A stretch of 64,000 nt of DNA, taken from the NCBI GenBank assembly GCA_010015585.1, contig ML975151.1. One strand, written 5' to 3'. The position numbers were made by a program, and so were the translations under genes. Positions within the stretch are counted from its first letter, which is position 1. Each line of letters begins with the position of its first letter. The notes beneath the pieces are model-generated. The model ran no database searches, was not told where the DNA came from, and saw only the letters and a list, made by a program, of their open reading frames with translations. Of this stretch, positions 25,294 to 38,639 are shown piece by piece. The DNA comes from Eremomyces bilateralis CBS 781.70 (Eukaryota).

Positions 25294-27148
25294 ATTGGAT
25301 AGAATTCAACAGAACTGATATACAGTCGCTTAGGAATGAAGATCGGCGAGTTGTTGTTGCACTGTTGGGGAACTGTTGATGATCCGTTAGAAAGGAGCTG
25401 ACACCGTCTGATCAAGTCAACCAACCTTGTCCGGTGAATGGGTATGTCTCAATTCTTCGAAGGCCTTGGATATGGCTTTGGAAATACGCACAGGATCGTT
25501 CTTCTTCAATACCAAGGGGATCAGAGGTTCTTGAAGTTCGAGAGATTACGACGCCACGGGTGACGAAGAACCAAGTCAAGATCGGGGACCCAAGCCACGA
25601 CGGAACCAGCGAACGAGCGAACCAATTTCCGTCGCTCACTAATGCTTTCTAGTGCGCCGTTCAGCTATCGGGGTCGGGAGTCTTAAGGGTATTCTCAGGG
25701 AAATCAGATCAACGTCGCGCCACCGTGGTGACAGCTATTCTATCTAATAACGCTGCAATGATGCACGCTGCCGCCGTGTGGGAAGAATCCGGTCGGCCTC
25801 GTGGTACGAGCCGGGGGATCGGAAAGCGAGAGGATCGGAGGGTAGCTGACGATAGGTCGGACGGATCAATTGCACAGCAACACAAGCAAAGATGGTGACG
25901 ACGAGGATGGCAACGTGGGTGCAAGGTCAGGAACCCAGGAGAAGGTGGGATTTTAAGAATACGAGCGCCTGGTTTGTTGAAACACTTGAGTGGGTGAATG
26001 GAGAGTTGGTGGAAAAGGGGGTCGGAGCATTAAAAGCAGTGAGAGGTCGCTGAGAGCGACGAGGAATGTGGCTATTATGAACGCAAACGCCGCAACGGGG
26101 ATTAAAATATCCAGCCTGACAACTGATGCGGCGAAGGCCCGAAGCAGGCGATGGCTAAGTCAAATTGTCATCCGTCAAGCACCACACCGCAGAGTTCACG
26201 CATACACGAGCATACCACGTACACCCTCCATCTGGTGACCTGACCGTAGAGTTGTGCCCTTGTTTCTTGTCCGAAACAAGGAAGACTCCTCAGTCCTCGG
26301 ACGATCAGACCTCAACCGTCAGCAACTCAGCATTGATGATTGAGCATACCCAAGCGCCCAGTCGATCGATCCTCGACTTAAGTCTGATGCAAACAATCCG
26401 ATTCGCTTCGAATCTACGGTAGATTTAAGTCTAGACAAGTCTCGAGTATTCCAGGCCATACCTACTTACCTAGGTATTATCTAAGGTTCAGGCATTATCG
26501 TAGTGGTTCCGTCTCCTAGCATTGATGGTCATTTTGTTACGCCCTCATCATCAAGCACCAACGCCTCGTCATAATTTCATCCGCGTACCGTTGCCGAGTT
26601 GCTCGAGCTTCGGCAGCTGAACGCGGACGAAATGTAGGCTTCGGTATCAAAGAGAAAGAAGCAATCATGGCACGCTGAAACTTGGGTGGATAGAGTCGTG
26701 GGCACACTTGGCAGCCAGCAGCGCCATGAGGGCTACGGGGATTCCATGTTGCACGCGCCCGACTGGGTTGGAAATCCCCGCCCAGCGTCACACGCTACCA
26801 AACCCGAACAACGTGGCAAGCCGGGCTACCCATTGGCGGCGATGGCGTCTCATATTGTCGATGTGACGGGTCATCTGTTGACAATCCGGCTGGTGGTCAT
26901 TTCACATGCCCGAAAGTACCCGGATCGAGTATCATCGAGGTCGTCAAAGACGAAGGTTATCCGAGTGATAGGCTGATGCATTTAGGCATGTGTTATTGAG
27001 AGGAGGCGATGGAGCTGAGTTTCCGTGATTTTGTGCTTCTGAAATCTGACGTTGTATCGTACATGTACAGCTCGACGATATCCTTGGAGGAATTGATTAA
27101 AGCTTAATCTGCATCCTATGTAGATCCGTCTCGGCATCGACGACTGTA

Positions 27149-29806
27149 TCACCCCGCCTGGCCCATTGCCTCGTCGAAGGATTGTGGACGTCGATCTTCT
27201 TGCTGGCCTCCGGGATGGAAGGCCCTGTTGCCAGACAACATCTCGTCCCATTCCATCCAGTTGAATCCCGAATCTTGCAACGAGAAATCAAATTCGAATG
27301 ATGACATATCAACTAGTCCATGAAGCTCGTTCAATGGCTCCTCCATCATGGTCACTCCATCTGTAAGTTGCTCGTCCACGTCCTGCCGCCACGAGTCGTT
27401 TCCATTCCGTGATCGTCCATCCCTCTTCTCCCTCAGCGCTTTCAGAGTCGTGACGAATTGCGGCGTCCGTAATGGCTCTCCCATCCCCCCTCGCTTCTTC
27501 CCCTCCTCCACCGACTTCTTTTCCCTTGCCGCCCATGCCTTCAGCGCCAGGTTGCCGGCCGCCGCGTGAAGCAGGTTGTTCGACTGCAGCAGCATATCCG
27601 ACCGACCTCGAAACAACTCGTCGATCTTCCGCCACGCCTGCTCTACGTCGTCTCCATCCAGCCGCTTGGTCAACTCGTGCAGCAGGTATATGAACGGGCG
27701 CCACGGGAACTGAAACCGGAAGTGCCAGTCGAATCGCTCGATCGCCGGCGTCTGGAATGAGATAATCACGTACTCCAAACTCTTCAGGCTTAGTTCGTAG
27801 AGCAGATCACGCTCCGCCTGCGGTACCTCTGCATCGTTGACATATTGACGAGGGTGGTGTGCAACGAAACGCAGCGTGGTCAGAATCGCCCGACTGGCGA
27901 TCGAGCAGAGCACATGAAGCGGCTCCAGCGGGTCGAGGTAGCGGACGAACTGCCGCTCCACGTATTGCTCGAGCTCATCAATGGCCGCGTCCTTTTCCGC
28001 GAGGGTGAACTGGTTGCCGGATAAGAGTTCCCAGCGACCGTCGAAGCCTTTCCCGCGCGGGGCGTGCCGGAAGAAGCGACCGATATGCCAGCGGAGCCGG
28101 CAGAATATCATTTCAGTGGGGCCAGTGCGTTCGGTGGGAGGGGTGGTCATTCCCGGCCAGATGTCGGCATCGTTGATATTGCAAGGAAATTGGGTGTCAG
28201 AGAGGCGGTCGAGGAGTGGTGAGCCTGGAACTCTTCAGATCGGTTCACCGTTACAGGTAGGACGGAACGACTTACCTGATCCGACCATTTCTTCCAATGA
28301 CCCGTCGAACATCCATATCTGCCACCAGAGCCGGCGACGCATCTCAACCTCAAACGGGGATAAACCCAGATGGTAACCATCACGTTGAAGGCCGAGCCGC
28401 TGGCCAATTCGTAGGCATGTGCCACTGAGGGTCCATATCGACTGGGGATCGTAGTGGTTCTTGGCTGACGACAGGAATATGAACAAGGCCGTGAGGACCG
28501 TCATATCTGAAGTACTCAGGAATTTGGCTTTTTGCAACGATAGATTCAGTGCTCCTTGATACTTAACTAATAGGATTGAATAGGAATCGCCGAAACGTGC
28601 TTGACATGCTTGAGGGGATGAAGCAAAGATCGAACTGCAATAAATGGCGAATAGGAGCACTTCAAAACTCAGGGGCACCTCTTCACGCCGAGCTAGCTTA
28701 GGAGCGAGCTCGATGACCTTAGCTTCGGTGGTAGGAATATGGATGACTTTGAGTATCGGATTGATGCTTTCTTTGAACACTTTCCAGTGCTTTAGTATCT
28801 GATCCACGTGGGGATGGAGGTCTCTCAAGTCAGCTAGAAGAGGAGAAACACCGAAAAGCAACGAATCGAGGCGATTATCAGCGGCAGAATGATGTCCATC
28901 GTCGTCTTGGTGCTCTTTATCTTCTTCCCAGTCATTTAACGCGAGGTCTTTGGGGGATTTCATCTGTAGGGCTATGTTAGACATCCTATCGTATATGAAC
29001 GCTTCAAGAGTAAGGTTGGTCGATAAGTCAAAGAAATATAGCACCGTCCCCCAAACGCCTTCACATTACTAGGAGGTCGGTCGCGATGCCCCCCCAAATC
29101 GTCTTGCGAACTGAGGAAGAGACTATTGAAGTACTCCACGTCGCACCCCGTTTTGGGGAGCTCGAATGCTTCAAGGATAGGGCCATAAATCCTTCCACAC
29201 CTGGTAGACTGAGAACGAATCGAAAATCGACACACCTCATCTGACAGGTCTCTCCATAAATGGCTGTCCAGTATGTCAGTTCACATCGTGCAACGGTGGA
29301 GGTCCACTGCCCTACTTCTCGAAGTACGTAGATCTGCCCAGATTATCCATCCCGACGATCAACTTGCCCATCTCACTCGGATTGTCCTCCGAACCCGCCG
29401 ACGGGCGGCAATCATTCCCGGGAAGTCTTTCGGGCCTGGATTCTTTCGTGGTGGATTTCGGTAAAAAGGCTCCTAGCTCTTTGATTTCCGGTCCGGTCCC
29501 TTCCCCCCTTAGTAGCCGTTCAATATTCACACCGAGCCCACGTAGGGCCGTTTCGTAGATCTGGAGCTTCTCTTCCGGAGGTACTTCATCTTTAGAACCG
29601 ACGTCCAGCGAGCCGTCCCCGATCTTGCGCTTCCGCCTTCGCGGGGGAGGGGGGACGCGGTAGATGCACTCGCTATGGGCCTTTTGGCAGTTGGAACATG
29701 GAGAAAGTCGGTCGCATTTTACTTTGCGATGGTTGCAAAGTATACAGGAGAACTTAGAGAGTTCGAGGACTTTAGTAGAGTCCTTTGATTCATTTCCAGG
29801 TTGCAT
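27149..29806 (-). CDS. Zn(II)2Cys6 transcription factor with a Fungal_trans middle-homology region
   Basis: Zinc cluster CILCNHRKVKCDRLSPCSNCQKAHSEC and RIGQRLGLQRDG...LSPFEVEMRRRLWWQI. Introns near 29264-29315, 28964..29235 and 28225-28275. Confidence 0.93.
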
Positions 29807-30406
29807 GAAGAAGTTGATTTCCAAGCCGCAGTGTCAATACTAGGCAACGGTCAAAATTAGCACAAGCATTATAATTGGAGAGGATAATTCCGTCAGCCGT
29901 AAGTATCTTGAATAGGCGAGATGAATAGGTGCCAGGCTAAATGTGAAAGATGAAAAGTAAGTGAAGTATATGGTATCCATACGGGTTAGCGTCATGAATT
30001 GTCAGGATGAAAAAACGCATACAGCGGGCAGATCTCGTATAGGCGATGACTACTTTCGTCCAGGCGTACCCCCCCGTACAGGCGCCTATGTTGCTGTGGG
30101 GTAAGGGGTAATCCTGTGCGATATCGCAAAAATCGATCCTGTCTAATACGCATATAAAGTAGAACAAACTCCAAATGTATTGTCTCTCATTGGTATATAA
30201 TTCTGTACATGGAGATACCCCACGGAGTTACATTCGAAATCAATTCTTAATGTCACCAACTGTCAACTTAGCCGATTCTTTGCATCCGTAGAGGACGATT
30301 GAGGTCACACTTGTTGAGCAGAATGGACATCTATTATAACCGTATCTAATCACCGATATCGTACATGCAGTATGTATACCCTTCCAGTTCCCAATTATCC
30401 CAGCGC

Positions 30407-32072
30407 TTATGCCTTCGCTTCCTGATTCTCTTTTCTTGGCTTGACACTTCTCCACTCCATCAGTAGCGCCCCGACGATTGAGAAGGCTGTCACGCCCAGC
30501 GCCACGCGAAATGCATCCCTTAGAGCAGCGTTATAAGCGATCAACAAATAATTCAACTGCGAGGGATCCACCAACGACCTCAGAGCCGTTGCGCCCACGT
30601 TTAGAACATCCTCGGAATTTAACCCGGGAATTCCAGCCACCCCGTCGACGAGCTTCGAAGCGAACAGGTTCTGAGCAACAGCGATGAAGAGCGCTCCGCC
30701 AAATGACTGCGAAAAGAACATCAAGGAGACGCCCGTGGACACGTCCTTTCGACTCAAGACCGTCTGCGCCCCAAGGTTGGCCTGCTGCATGCCTAGCCCG
30801 CAGCCGAAACCATAGAGGAACTGGTAACCGATCCACTGCGCGTGGCCGGTGTCCGGTCGGAAGGTGGTGATCAGCCCCGTGCCGACGGAGGCGATGACGG
30901 ATCCTAGGATGAGGTTCTGGGTGTAGTAGCCACGGGCGATCGTCTGCGTGGTCGCGCCGGCTAAGATGCTGGAGACCACTAGGGAGAGGACGAGCGGAAG
31001 GCTCATGATGCCGGCTTTAGTGGCTGATGCATTTTTGAGGGCCTGGAAGTAGATGGACAGGTAGTAGAGAAGGGGGTTCATCGAGCCGCCGATGCACCCC
31101 GCGTAGATCGCGCCAGCGAAGACGCTTCGTTGAGAAATGATGTGGGTGGGGACGGTGGCGTTGTCTTTCATGAAGTGCTGAACCACTGCGAAGAGGATGA
31201 GTAGCACTCCGGATACTACAAGCAACGCGATGATCCTCCCGTTGCTCCATTCGTACTCTGTCCCGCCCCACTGCAGCGCAAGGAGCAAGCAGACCATTCC
31301 GGGAAGGAACAGGATCGACCCAATCGGGTCCAATCGAATGACTTGTTGCTTCCAGGATGCCTTGGCATCCCGATCAGCCGGTGGCTCCAGGGTCAGAAAG
31401 AAGATCACAATCAATGTCGAAACCGCTCCAACGGGTAAGTTGATATAGAAGCACCAGCGCCAGGTGGCTTTTTCCGTGATAACGCCCCCAAGCAGGGGAG
31501 AAATGACCGACGTAATGCCGAAGATGGCGCCCATAGTCGATACGAAAACCGGTCGTTTTTCCAGAGGCACCGTATACACAATGATAATGATTACCCCCGA
31601 AATGATGCCGGATGCACCAAGACCGGCAATCGCCCGTCCGACTATGAAGGCGGTTGATGTCGGTGCGGCGCCACACACAACCGACCCGATTTCGAAAAGG
31701 AAGATGCTGGCTAGAAAGACTAGCTTGGGAGGATAGAAGGTGTAGATGCGGCCATAGATCAGCTGCATTGAGCACATGGTTAGGAGGTACGCACTGCCGT
31801 ACCATCCGATGTCGTCGAGAGCATGGAAATCGTTAGTCATGCTGGGAATCGCCGTGGCAATGATGATCCTGTCCTATATAACGTGAGCAATCCGTTGTTT
31901 TCGACATGCCTTGGAACATCTTTGTACCTACCAGAGCGACAAGGAATATTGCGAGGTACAAGGCGAGGATGATGACCAATCGCCGTTTCGTCTCTGGATA
32001 CTGGTGCTCAGTCTCACCATTAGACACCTCCCCTTTCTCCTGAGGCGGAGAAGGCGGATCTATAGAACCCAT
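30407..32072 (-). CDS. MFS efflux pump, DHA2 (14-TMS) family
   Basis: IFLVAL|DRIIIATAIP across an intron at about 31874..31931. Also DIGWYGSAYLLT, FIVGRAIAGLGASG, TWRWCFYINLP and LALQWGG. Confidence 0.95.
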
Positions 32073-32309
32073 ATCTTCCTTGGACTGTCGGGCAGGGGTA
32101 ACTGTTGGGCGGGATTGGGCAACTCCTGATATGGTTGGAAGAAAGCGACAACAGCGATATTGTCCAACACAGTAAAATCAATTATCAAGCTATGAATAGT
32201 AAATCAGATAACACACAATATTTCTGGAGGGAGAGTGTGCGATTGATATATGGGCGAGTTAGTCCTCCGGACTTCCCCTCGCACCCGATTGACTGTGGCA
32301 CATCACACC

Positions 32310-32732
32310 TCTCGGGCCCGAGATGCGCGTGCCTTGTACCATCAACATTGCAGCATCCTGGGCACGTGGATATAACTTTTGCAGCATAAGACACGAAAAA
32401 ATTCAAATTGACTTAAAAGGACCGAAATATTTAAAATGTAAAGTTGCCAATCCGGATATGGAAGCAGAGTGATTTTCGCTTTACATCATGGTTGGGCAAG
32501 GTGCACAGTACGGAATTGGGATACTCAGCGCTCCCTGCAAGGAAATTGTTACAGCCAAAATAAAAAGTACAGAATACCGGCATATGTAATTGAAGTCTCA
32601 TCAACATAGGTAATGGGATTTTCGGAAAGCGGATCGCTGGGAAAGGTGCAAGTTGGCAAAATTGAGATGCGGCCCGAGGGAGGCTCTGGCAGATAGAAGG
32701 TATCATGCGCTATTTTAGTGTCGGGGCCGACA
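32310..32732. promoter_or_regulatory. Two TCGG-N2-CCGA palindromes upstream of the MFS gene (candidate Zn2Cys6 sites)
   Basis: TCTCGGGCCCGAGA at 32310..32323 and TGTCGGGGCCGACA at 32719..32732. Confidence 0.4.
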
Positions 32733-32942
32733 TTGCGGATGCTTCTTTCTTGGGAGGCTCGACGCAATTCCTCCTGGCTACTCAAACGGGGATTGGTGTC
32801 AACTAGGGCGTATATTAGTCGCATCCGGATGGCACACTGAGAATGAAAGCGAAGTCAGCAATGGAGAATGAGAGCAATTCAAGCAGCGCAGATTGAAGAT
32901 CGACAGTCTTCCGGGGAACGGTTATTTCGATTCATAATCTCG

Positions 32943-33538
32943 TTACGGTCCATTATATCGGTATAGATCGCTATAATATCTTATCAAGCTCTCGGCTCCG
33001 ACAAAGTCCCCTTCTCGGAACAGTTGGGCGATATCAAGGTTGAGGGGCGAGTCTGGTTCGGCGGAGGTGAGCAGTTGGTGGATGGATGTGAGAGTGGTAG
33101 TAATCGTGTAGGCGGGCGTCCAGGCGGTTTTGAGTAAATCCAGGCATATCTCGCCCGTCTGCACCGATTAGTCGCATTCTCGAACAGCAATAGAAGTTAG
33201 GTATAGACAAACTTTGAAGTCGACATTCGGATGGCATATGGGCGTGATGAACTTGACTTCCGGAGGAGAATGCGGGTATCCAGAGGGTACTTGGATGTCG
33301 AGCTGCCAGAGGCCGTCTACCGAAGTCAATTAGCATCGCCACCCCTCAGAACATAATCGGAGTACACTTTACATTCATAAGCGGTGCCCTCTACACCTCG
33401 CATCACGGCCGTCCAGTGCGTCAACTTGTCATCACTTACGGGCCCGAGTTGAACCAGGGATTCATTCGGGTCATTTTGGTAGGACTGTAGCTCGTTGAGC
33501 AGCCTCTTGGTGGGAGTGGCAGAGCGACCTGAAGCCAT
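32943..33538 (-). CDS. PEX4: Ubiquitin-conjugating enzyme E2, peroxin Pex4-like
   Basis: KRLLNEL, HPNVDFK|TGEICLDLLK (catalytic Cys) and the Pex4-type EPDSPLNLDIA. Two introns. Confidence 0.85.
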
Positions 33539-34008
33539 GACGAGGGGAACTTAAGATTACAACTTCATAGAGATATCGGGGAGTGCAAACCCCATGATTT
33601 ACGGAGTAGCGGGTGCTGAATGCAATCAGAGCCCATGATGGCGATCGCAGAGTCCGAGGTTGTTGGTAAGGTAGCGTCAACATGTGGCTGATAGTGGCTG
33701 GAACACATCACGTGATAAAACAATATGCATGTGATCCTAGAACGACATCCCTGTCGCATTGAAGCTCAGTACCGTGAGTACGTACCTTGGCGCATCTAGA
33801 TCTTAAAATCTTGAATATCGCGATACCTTTGGACATTTGGAGTGAATGCATAAACAGCATTCGGGCTTTTAAGGGTTCCTCGTCGTTTCACCAAACTCCC
33901 AGCTCGTCGGCGCTTGGATAAATGAATCCAACCCGCGTGGTTAAATTCAGGCTGAACATCCCACTACGAGTCCCCAAACAATCCCATACTCATCTTCGCG
34001 CAATAAAC

Positions 34009-35339
34009 ATGGCTTCCACACCTGCCATCGTGGAGGGCGTTTTCGGTATATCCTCACCACAGAACAATTGGCAATCGAGCACTAACCCCGGCTAGCAATC
34101 CACAAACCCCCCGAAAAGACCTCCGCCCAGATCCTCCGCGACGTGAAGCCGCAATTCAATAAATCCGACCTTTTCGCGCCCTGGTTCGCCGCCGAACAGG
34201 AACGGCACGCGCAAGACCCGACGTGGAAAAAGAAGTACAAGCGCAAAGGCGGCTTCGACATCAAAATAGGCCACGGCGGGACATTGGATCCGATGGCCAC
34301 CGGCGTCTTGATCGTCGGCGTGGGGCGGGGCACCAAGTCGCTGTCGAATTTCTTGGGCTGCACGAAGTCGTACGAGGCGACACTCCTGTTTGGCGCCGCG
34401 ACGGATACGTACGATTCGACGGGGAAGATCGTCAAGCGGGCGCCGTATGCCCACTTGACGCGGGACACTGTGGAAAAGGCGCTGGAACAGTTCCGAGGGA
34501 AGATCATGCAGCGGCCGCCAATCTTCTCGGCGCTTCGGGTTAACGGCAAGAGGATGTATGAGTATGCGCGCGAAGGGAAGGAACTGCCGAGGGAGATTGT
34601 GGAGCGGCCCGTGGAGGTTATTGAGCTGGAGGTGGTGGAGTGGATGGAGGGCGGCACGCACGATTTCAAGTATCCGGAAGAGGAGGCAGATGCGGAGACC
34701 AAAAAGGCTGCGGAAGCGTTGATTGGCTCAGGACTGGATCGGGCGGACGATGGCAAAGACGGGGAGGTGAAAGAGAAGTCGTCGGGACAGGAGGAGCATC
34801 AAGAAAAGGATTCTCATGCGGAAGGCGTTGATGAGGATGACGACAGCTCGAGGCCGTCGAAACGAATAAGATTAAGCGATACCACGGGCGACACCACGGG
34901 CGACACCACCGACTCCCCCATTAAGACACAGCTTCCAGAGGACCCAACCGACCCCACCATTACGACACTTCCAGAAGATACAACCGACCCCACCATAAAG
35001 ACACCGCTCCCTGAAGCCGGCGATTCTACAAGTGCTGCCGCACAAGCGACCCCTGAGACCCCCGAACAGTCAGCACCACCAGCCGTAAAGCTCCGCATGA
35101 CCGTCACCTCCGGCTTCTATGTCCGATCCCTCTGCCACAATCTAGCCGAAGCGGTCGGCTCGCTTGGGATGATGTCGGCCCTCGTACGTTCGCGCCAGGG
35201 CGACTTCGAGCTAGGGAAGAATGTGGTGGAGTATGAGGAATTCGAGAAGGGAGAGGAGGTCTGGGGCCCTCAGGTCCGGTCGATGTTGACAGACTGGCAG
35301 GAGAAGTGTGCTGCTGCTCAGGCGGACGAGGAGGGGTGA
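34009..35339 (+). CDS. PUS4: tRNA pseudouridine-55 synthase (TruB family)
   Basis: EGVF|AIHKP across an intron near 34046-34095. Catalytic motif KIGHGGTLDPMATGVL, then PPIFSALRVNGKRMYEYAR and VTSGFYVRSL. Confidence 0.95.
34879..35015 (+). repeat. Coding tandem repeats inside PUS4 (DTTG x3; TDP-TI-T-LPE x3)
   Basis: 12-nt unit GACACCACGGGC followed by roughly 36-39 nt units encoding PIKTQLPEDPTD, PTITTLPEDTTD and PTIKTPLPE. Confidence 0.8.
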
Positions 35340-35460
35340 AATTTCCTTGTTCCAACCTCTGGAATCCCTCCGGATTCCGAATACTATAAACATACCTCTA
35401 ACCTACACCCCGGGAAGAGGTATCTGGTTGGAGCGGAGATAGTCTGCATTGACTTGATCA

Positions 35461-36956
35461 TCAAGTCGTTGGCTGCGATATGTCTTCCTCAGGTTCCTCG
35501 TCCTTGGCTTCTTCATTGCTGATGAAGATGAAGGATAGAAGCACGACCACCGCTCCTACCCAGTAAAGCCAGCTAGAATACTGGTTTTCGAGAATCATCT
35601 GTCCGATCAAAGAAAGGGGTATCGTAAGCGACAGGCCAACAGTAACTAGCAGTGGACTGGTAAATAGCATGGCATATGCCCAACATAAATCCGAGACCAG
35701 GGACGTGGCAGAGTTCACCTGTGTAGTGTTAGAACTTATCTCTTCCATCCTGTCTTCCTGGATACTTACCGCTATAATGAGAGTCACCCTGGCAGTCGGC
35801 GGCAACTGGAATTTCTCCGCGCCGCTCAAATCCAGAAGAACGAACCCCGGCCACAGGATGAGCACATTGATCGCGCCCACCAACCCGAAGAACAACGGCA
35901 TATTCACCCGCCCCTCATGCCCGATCCGCTTCTTCATCACCACCGCGTACACGCCATACACCACCGCCCCCACCAGTGCCATGACATCTCCGATCGCCAG
36001 CTCCCGATGTGACTTATGCGGAAACGACCCGCGGTTTTTATCCGTGTCGCCGCTGAGGTCGACGGACGAGATGAGCACGATTCCGGTCAGCGAGGCCAGC
36101 ACGCCCAGCAGCTTCCGCAGCGTGAACCGCTCTACGCCCATAAGCGACCCGCAGAGCAGCGTCCAGATGCTGCTGGTGGAGTTGAGGATCGTGGCGCTGG
36201 CGACGGTGGTGTACTCGAGGCACGCGGCGGCGAGGTAGTTGGCGGTGAACCAGAGGAGCGAGAACTCGATGCTGAGCTTGACGGTTTCCTTTAGGGTGAG
36301 GGGGCGGTCGGGGTCGTCTTTGGGTTCGGGGTCGAGAGGGGTGGAGGTCGTCGGGGTGGGACCGTCTTCGACGAGGAGGCTTTGGGATACGGTGCGGTGG
36401 TGTCGTGGCGGGTTGGCGCCCGGTTGTTCATCGTCTTCCTCTTCGTCCGCAATCTGTTCGTATCGGGATGCCTTCTTTCGGAACCGACGGAGCGTGATGA
36501 CGCCCTGCACGTCGGAGAGGGCGTCCCGGATTTGGGTCCATTGCGACGGATCCTGATGCAATCTTCGGCCGAGGATAGGGATTAGGGGGATGATAAAGAA
36601 GGACGTGTTGACATAGGTGACGAAGAACGGTTTTGAGTAGGTGTTGTCGGCGAAAAGAGTCTGGTACTATCGTCAGCTGCGGTTGCCCTGCACATATATC
36701 GTTTAATATTGAAGCGGCCTGCTGCCCTGTCCATCACAGGTTCACAACATTAAATCCCGCAGAAAAGATCGGAGGCGTGGCTTACGCTAGCAAGGAAATT
36801 CGAAGCCGTCCAGAGAACGACAGTCACCAAGAGGAGGGCAACACCCAGCATATGCCTCCATTTCGCGAACCTCTTCGCGTCGGCGATACTGGCCTGGTCG
36901 TGGTCCGACATCCGCTGTGGCCCTTCAGCGTGCAAGGAATCTGAGGATGTCATCAT
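35461..36956 (-). CDS. DMT/EamA-fold SLC35F-like transporter (THI74/YML018C-like)
   Basis: VVLWTASNFL, YSKPFFVTYVNTS, LWFTANY...TTVASATILNSTSSIWTL and TSPLLVTVGLSLTIPL. Introns at about 36662..36785 and 35719..35769. Confidence 0.92.
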
Positions 36957-37695
36957 CGCTCCGAGTAGGTACGCTCTGCCATGATGCAGTGAGCCGCCAG
37001 AGAAGTGAGATCCAAACGGCGCTCGCGGAAATGATAGCGATGGGTAGGTCACTGTCGGTCGTGGGATGTTTGGTCGTTGGTCACGCTGGTCTGCTGGTCT
37101 CCGGGTCACTCCCAGTGATGGGCGAGCTTTGCAACCGTGCATCTAACCTAGTTAGTCGTACTGTCGTAGGGCCAAGCCGGGGCAAAACATGAACATCCGT
37201 CTCCTTATCGACCTATCCGCTCTCGGTGTCCCTCAATTTCGCATTTTACGACCAGCACAGGGAGGTAGAGGCGTAGAATACGTGTAGCATTGTGTACGGA
37301 TGATGTTAGTTCTGCATCTATTTAGAGTAACAGAATCTTGGATCAGAGCTGCGGCTTTTACCATCACCATTCGTGCACCCAACATTAATGATGCCGGGCT
37401 CCAGATCATCAAAGGATGGACCATAGTTCAGACTATTATCACTTATGAGTATCCTTCCCCTACATCTCGGTTGACCCTTCAGCCACTAGAGCTATGCCCG
37501 GACTATTTACAACCTGAACCACCTCATGAGGTCTCGCTGGAGGGAAAGACGACGATAATTCCAAATCCCTGGTATAAAGTAACCCAAAAGAACTCCAATG
37601 CAATGATTTAGGGAACGCAATTCACATGTACCGCAAGAACGGTGCCCGTCAATAGAACACCCGCATCTCTCTGTACCTCTAGGCTGAACCCTCCA

Positions 37696-38639
37696 TCAAC
37701 AGTTACATCCGTCACGCTCGCTTTCCAGGTTTAGTGCAATGGCGGTGTCGGGGAAATCCGAGTTGAAGTCGCCCGCTTCCTCTTGTGCGAGAGCTTGCCG
37801 GGCGATCACTGTGGTAGTTAGTATCATACACGTGTAACGATTCAACCGGTCATACCTTCAAAGGCTTGCTCCACATTGATGGCTTCTTTGGCGCTGGTTT
37901 CGAAGTACGGGATCCCCCCTTTACTCTGGCAGAATGCCATCGCTCGCTTGGATGATATCTACAATCAAGTTAGCCAGGTCGTTTCGGTATTCAGTAGAAA
38001 TAAAGTCCACTCACTGTTCGTTTGCTCTCCTCGACGTCGATCTTATTGCCCAGAACAACCTGAAAACATATTAATTATGGACTTTGACCGTGGAGCTGCA
38101 GGATGCGTCTTACAAATGGGAAACTCTCAGGGTCCATAGGGCTTGCCTGAATCAAGAACTCGTCCCTCCAGCTGTCCAGTGTGTCGAAACTTTTCGAATT
38201 GTTAACATCGTACACGAGCACACAGCAATCGGCCCCTCGATAGAACGCTACGCCAAGCGACTGAAAGCGTTCCTGGCCTGCCGTATCCCAAATCTATGCA
38301 TTCGTGAGCGAGTGACGGAGTACAAGGGAGTGCGAAGCCGCGAACCTGCATAGTCACCAACCGATCATCGACCAGGACCTCTTTCGTCAGGAAATCGGCG
38401 CCGATCGTGGCCTTGTAGCTGGCGCTGAACTTCTTGTTGACCTGGATCACGCATCACGGTGTCAGGGACGGGATTGCCATATCGTCGGATCGCGGTGCAC
38501 GGGACATACGTATTGGTTCATCAACGAGGTCTTCCCGACGCCGCTGTCGCCGAGAATGATCACCTGTCTCGGGGTTAGGGCGGCGCTTCCAGACGGTTGG
38601 GTGACGAACCTTCAAGAGAACTTTCTTCCGCGAAGCCAT
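37696..38639 (-). CDS. YPT7: Rab7 GTPase
   Basis: Seven exons reconstruct [29 protein letters not shown]...[10 protein letters not shown]...[21 protein letters not shown]...GNKID...ETSAK, ending in the CNC prenylation motif. Confidence 0.98.

Noticed and set aside
27149..32072. Secondary-metabolite biosynthetic cluster
   Set aside because: There is no PKS, NRPS, terpene cyclase or tailoring enzyme, and the flanking genes are housekeeping or hypothetical.
36662..36785. TPP riboswitch or snoRNA in the THI74-like intron
   Set aside because: It lacks the conserved TPP aptamer segments (CTGAGA and the GATAA-loop arm). The box C/D matches are too weak.
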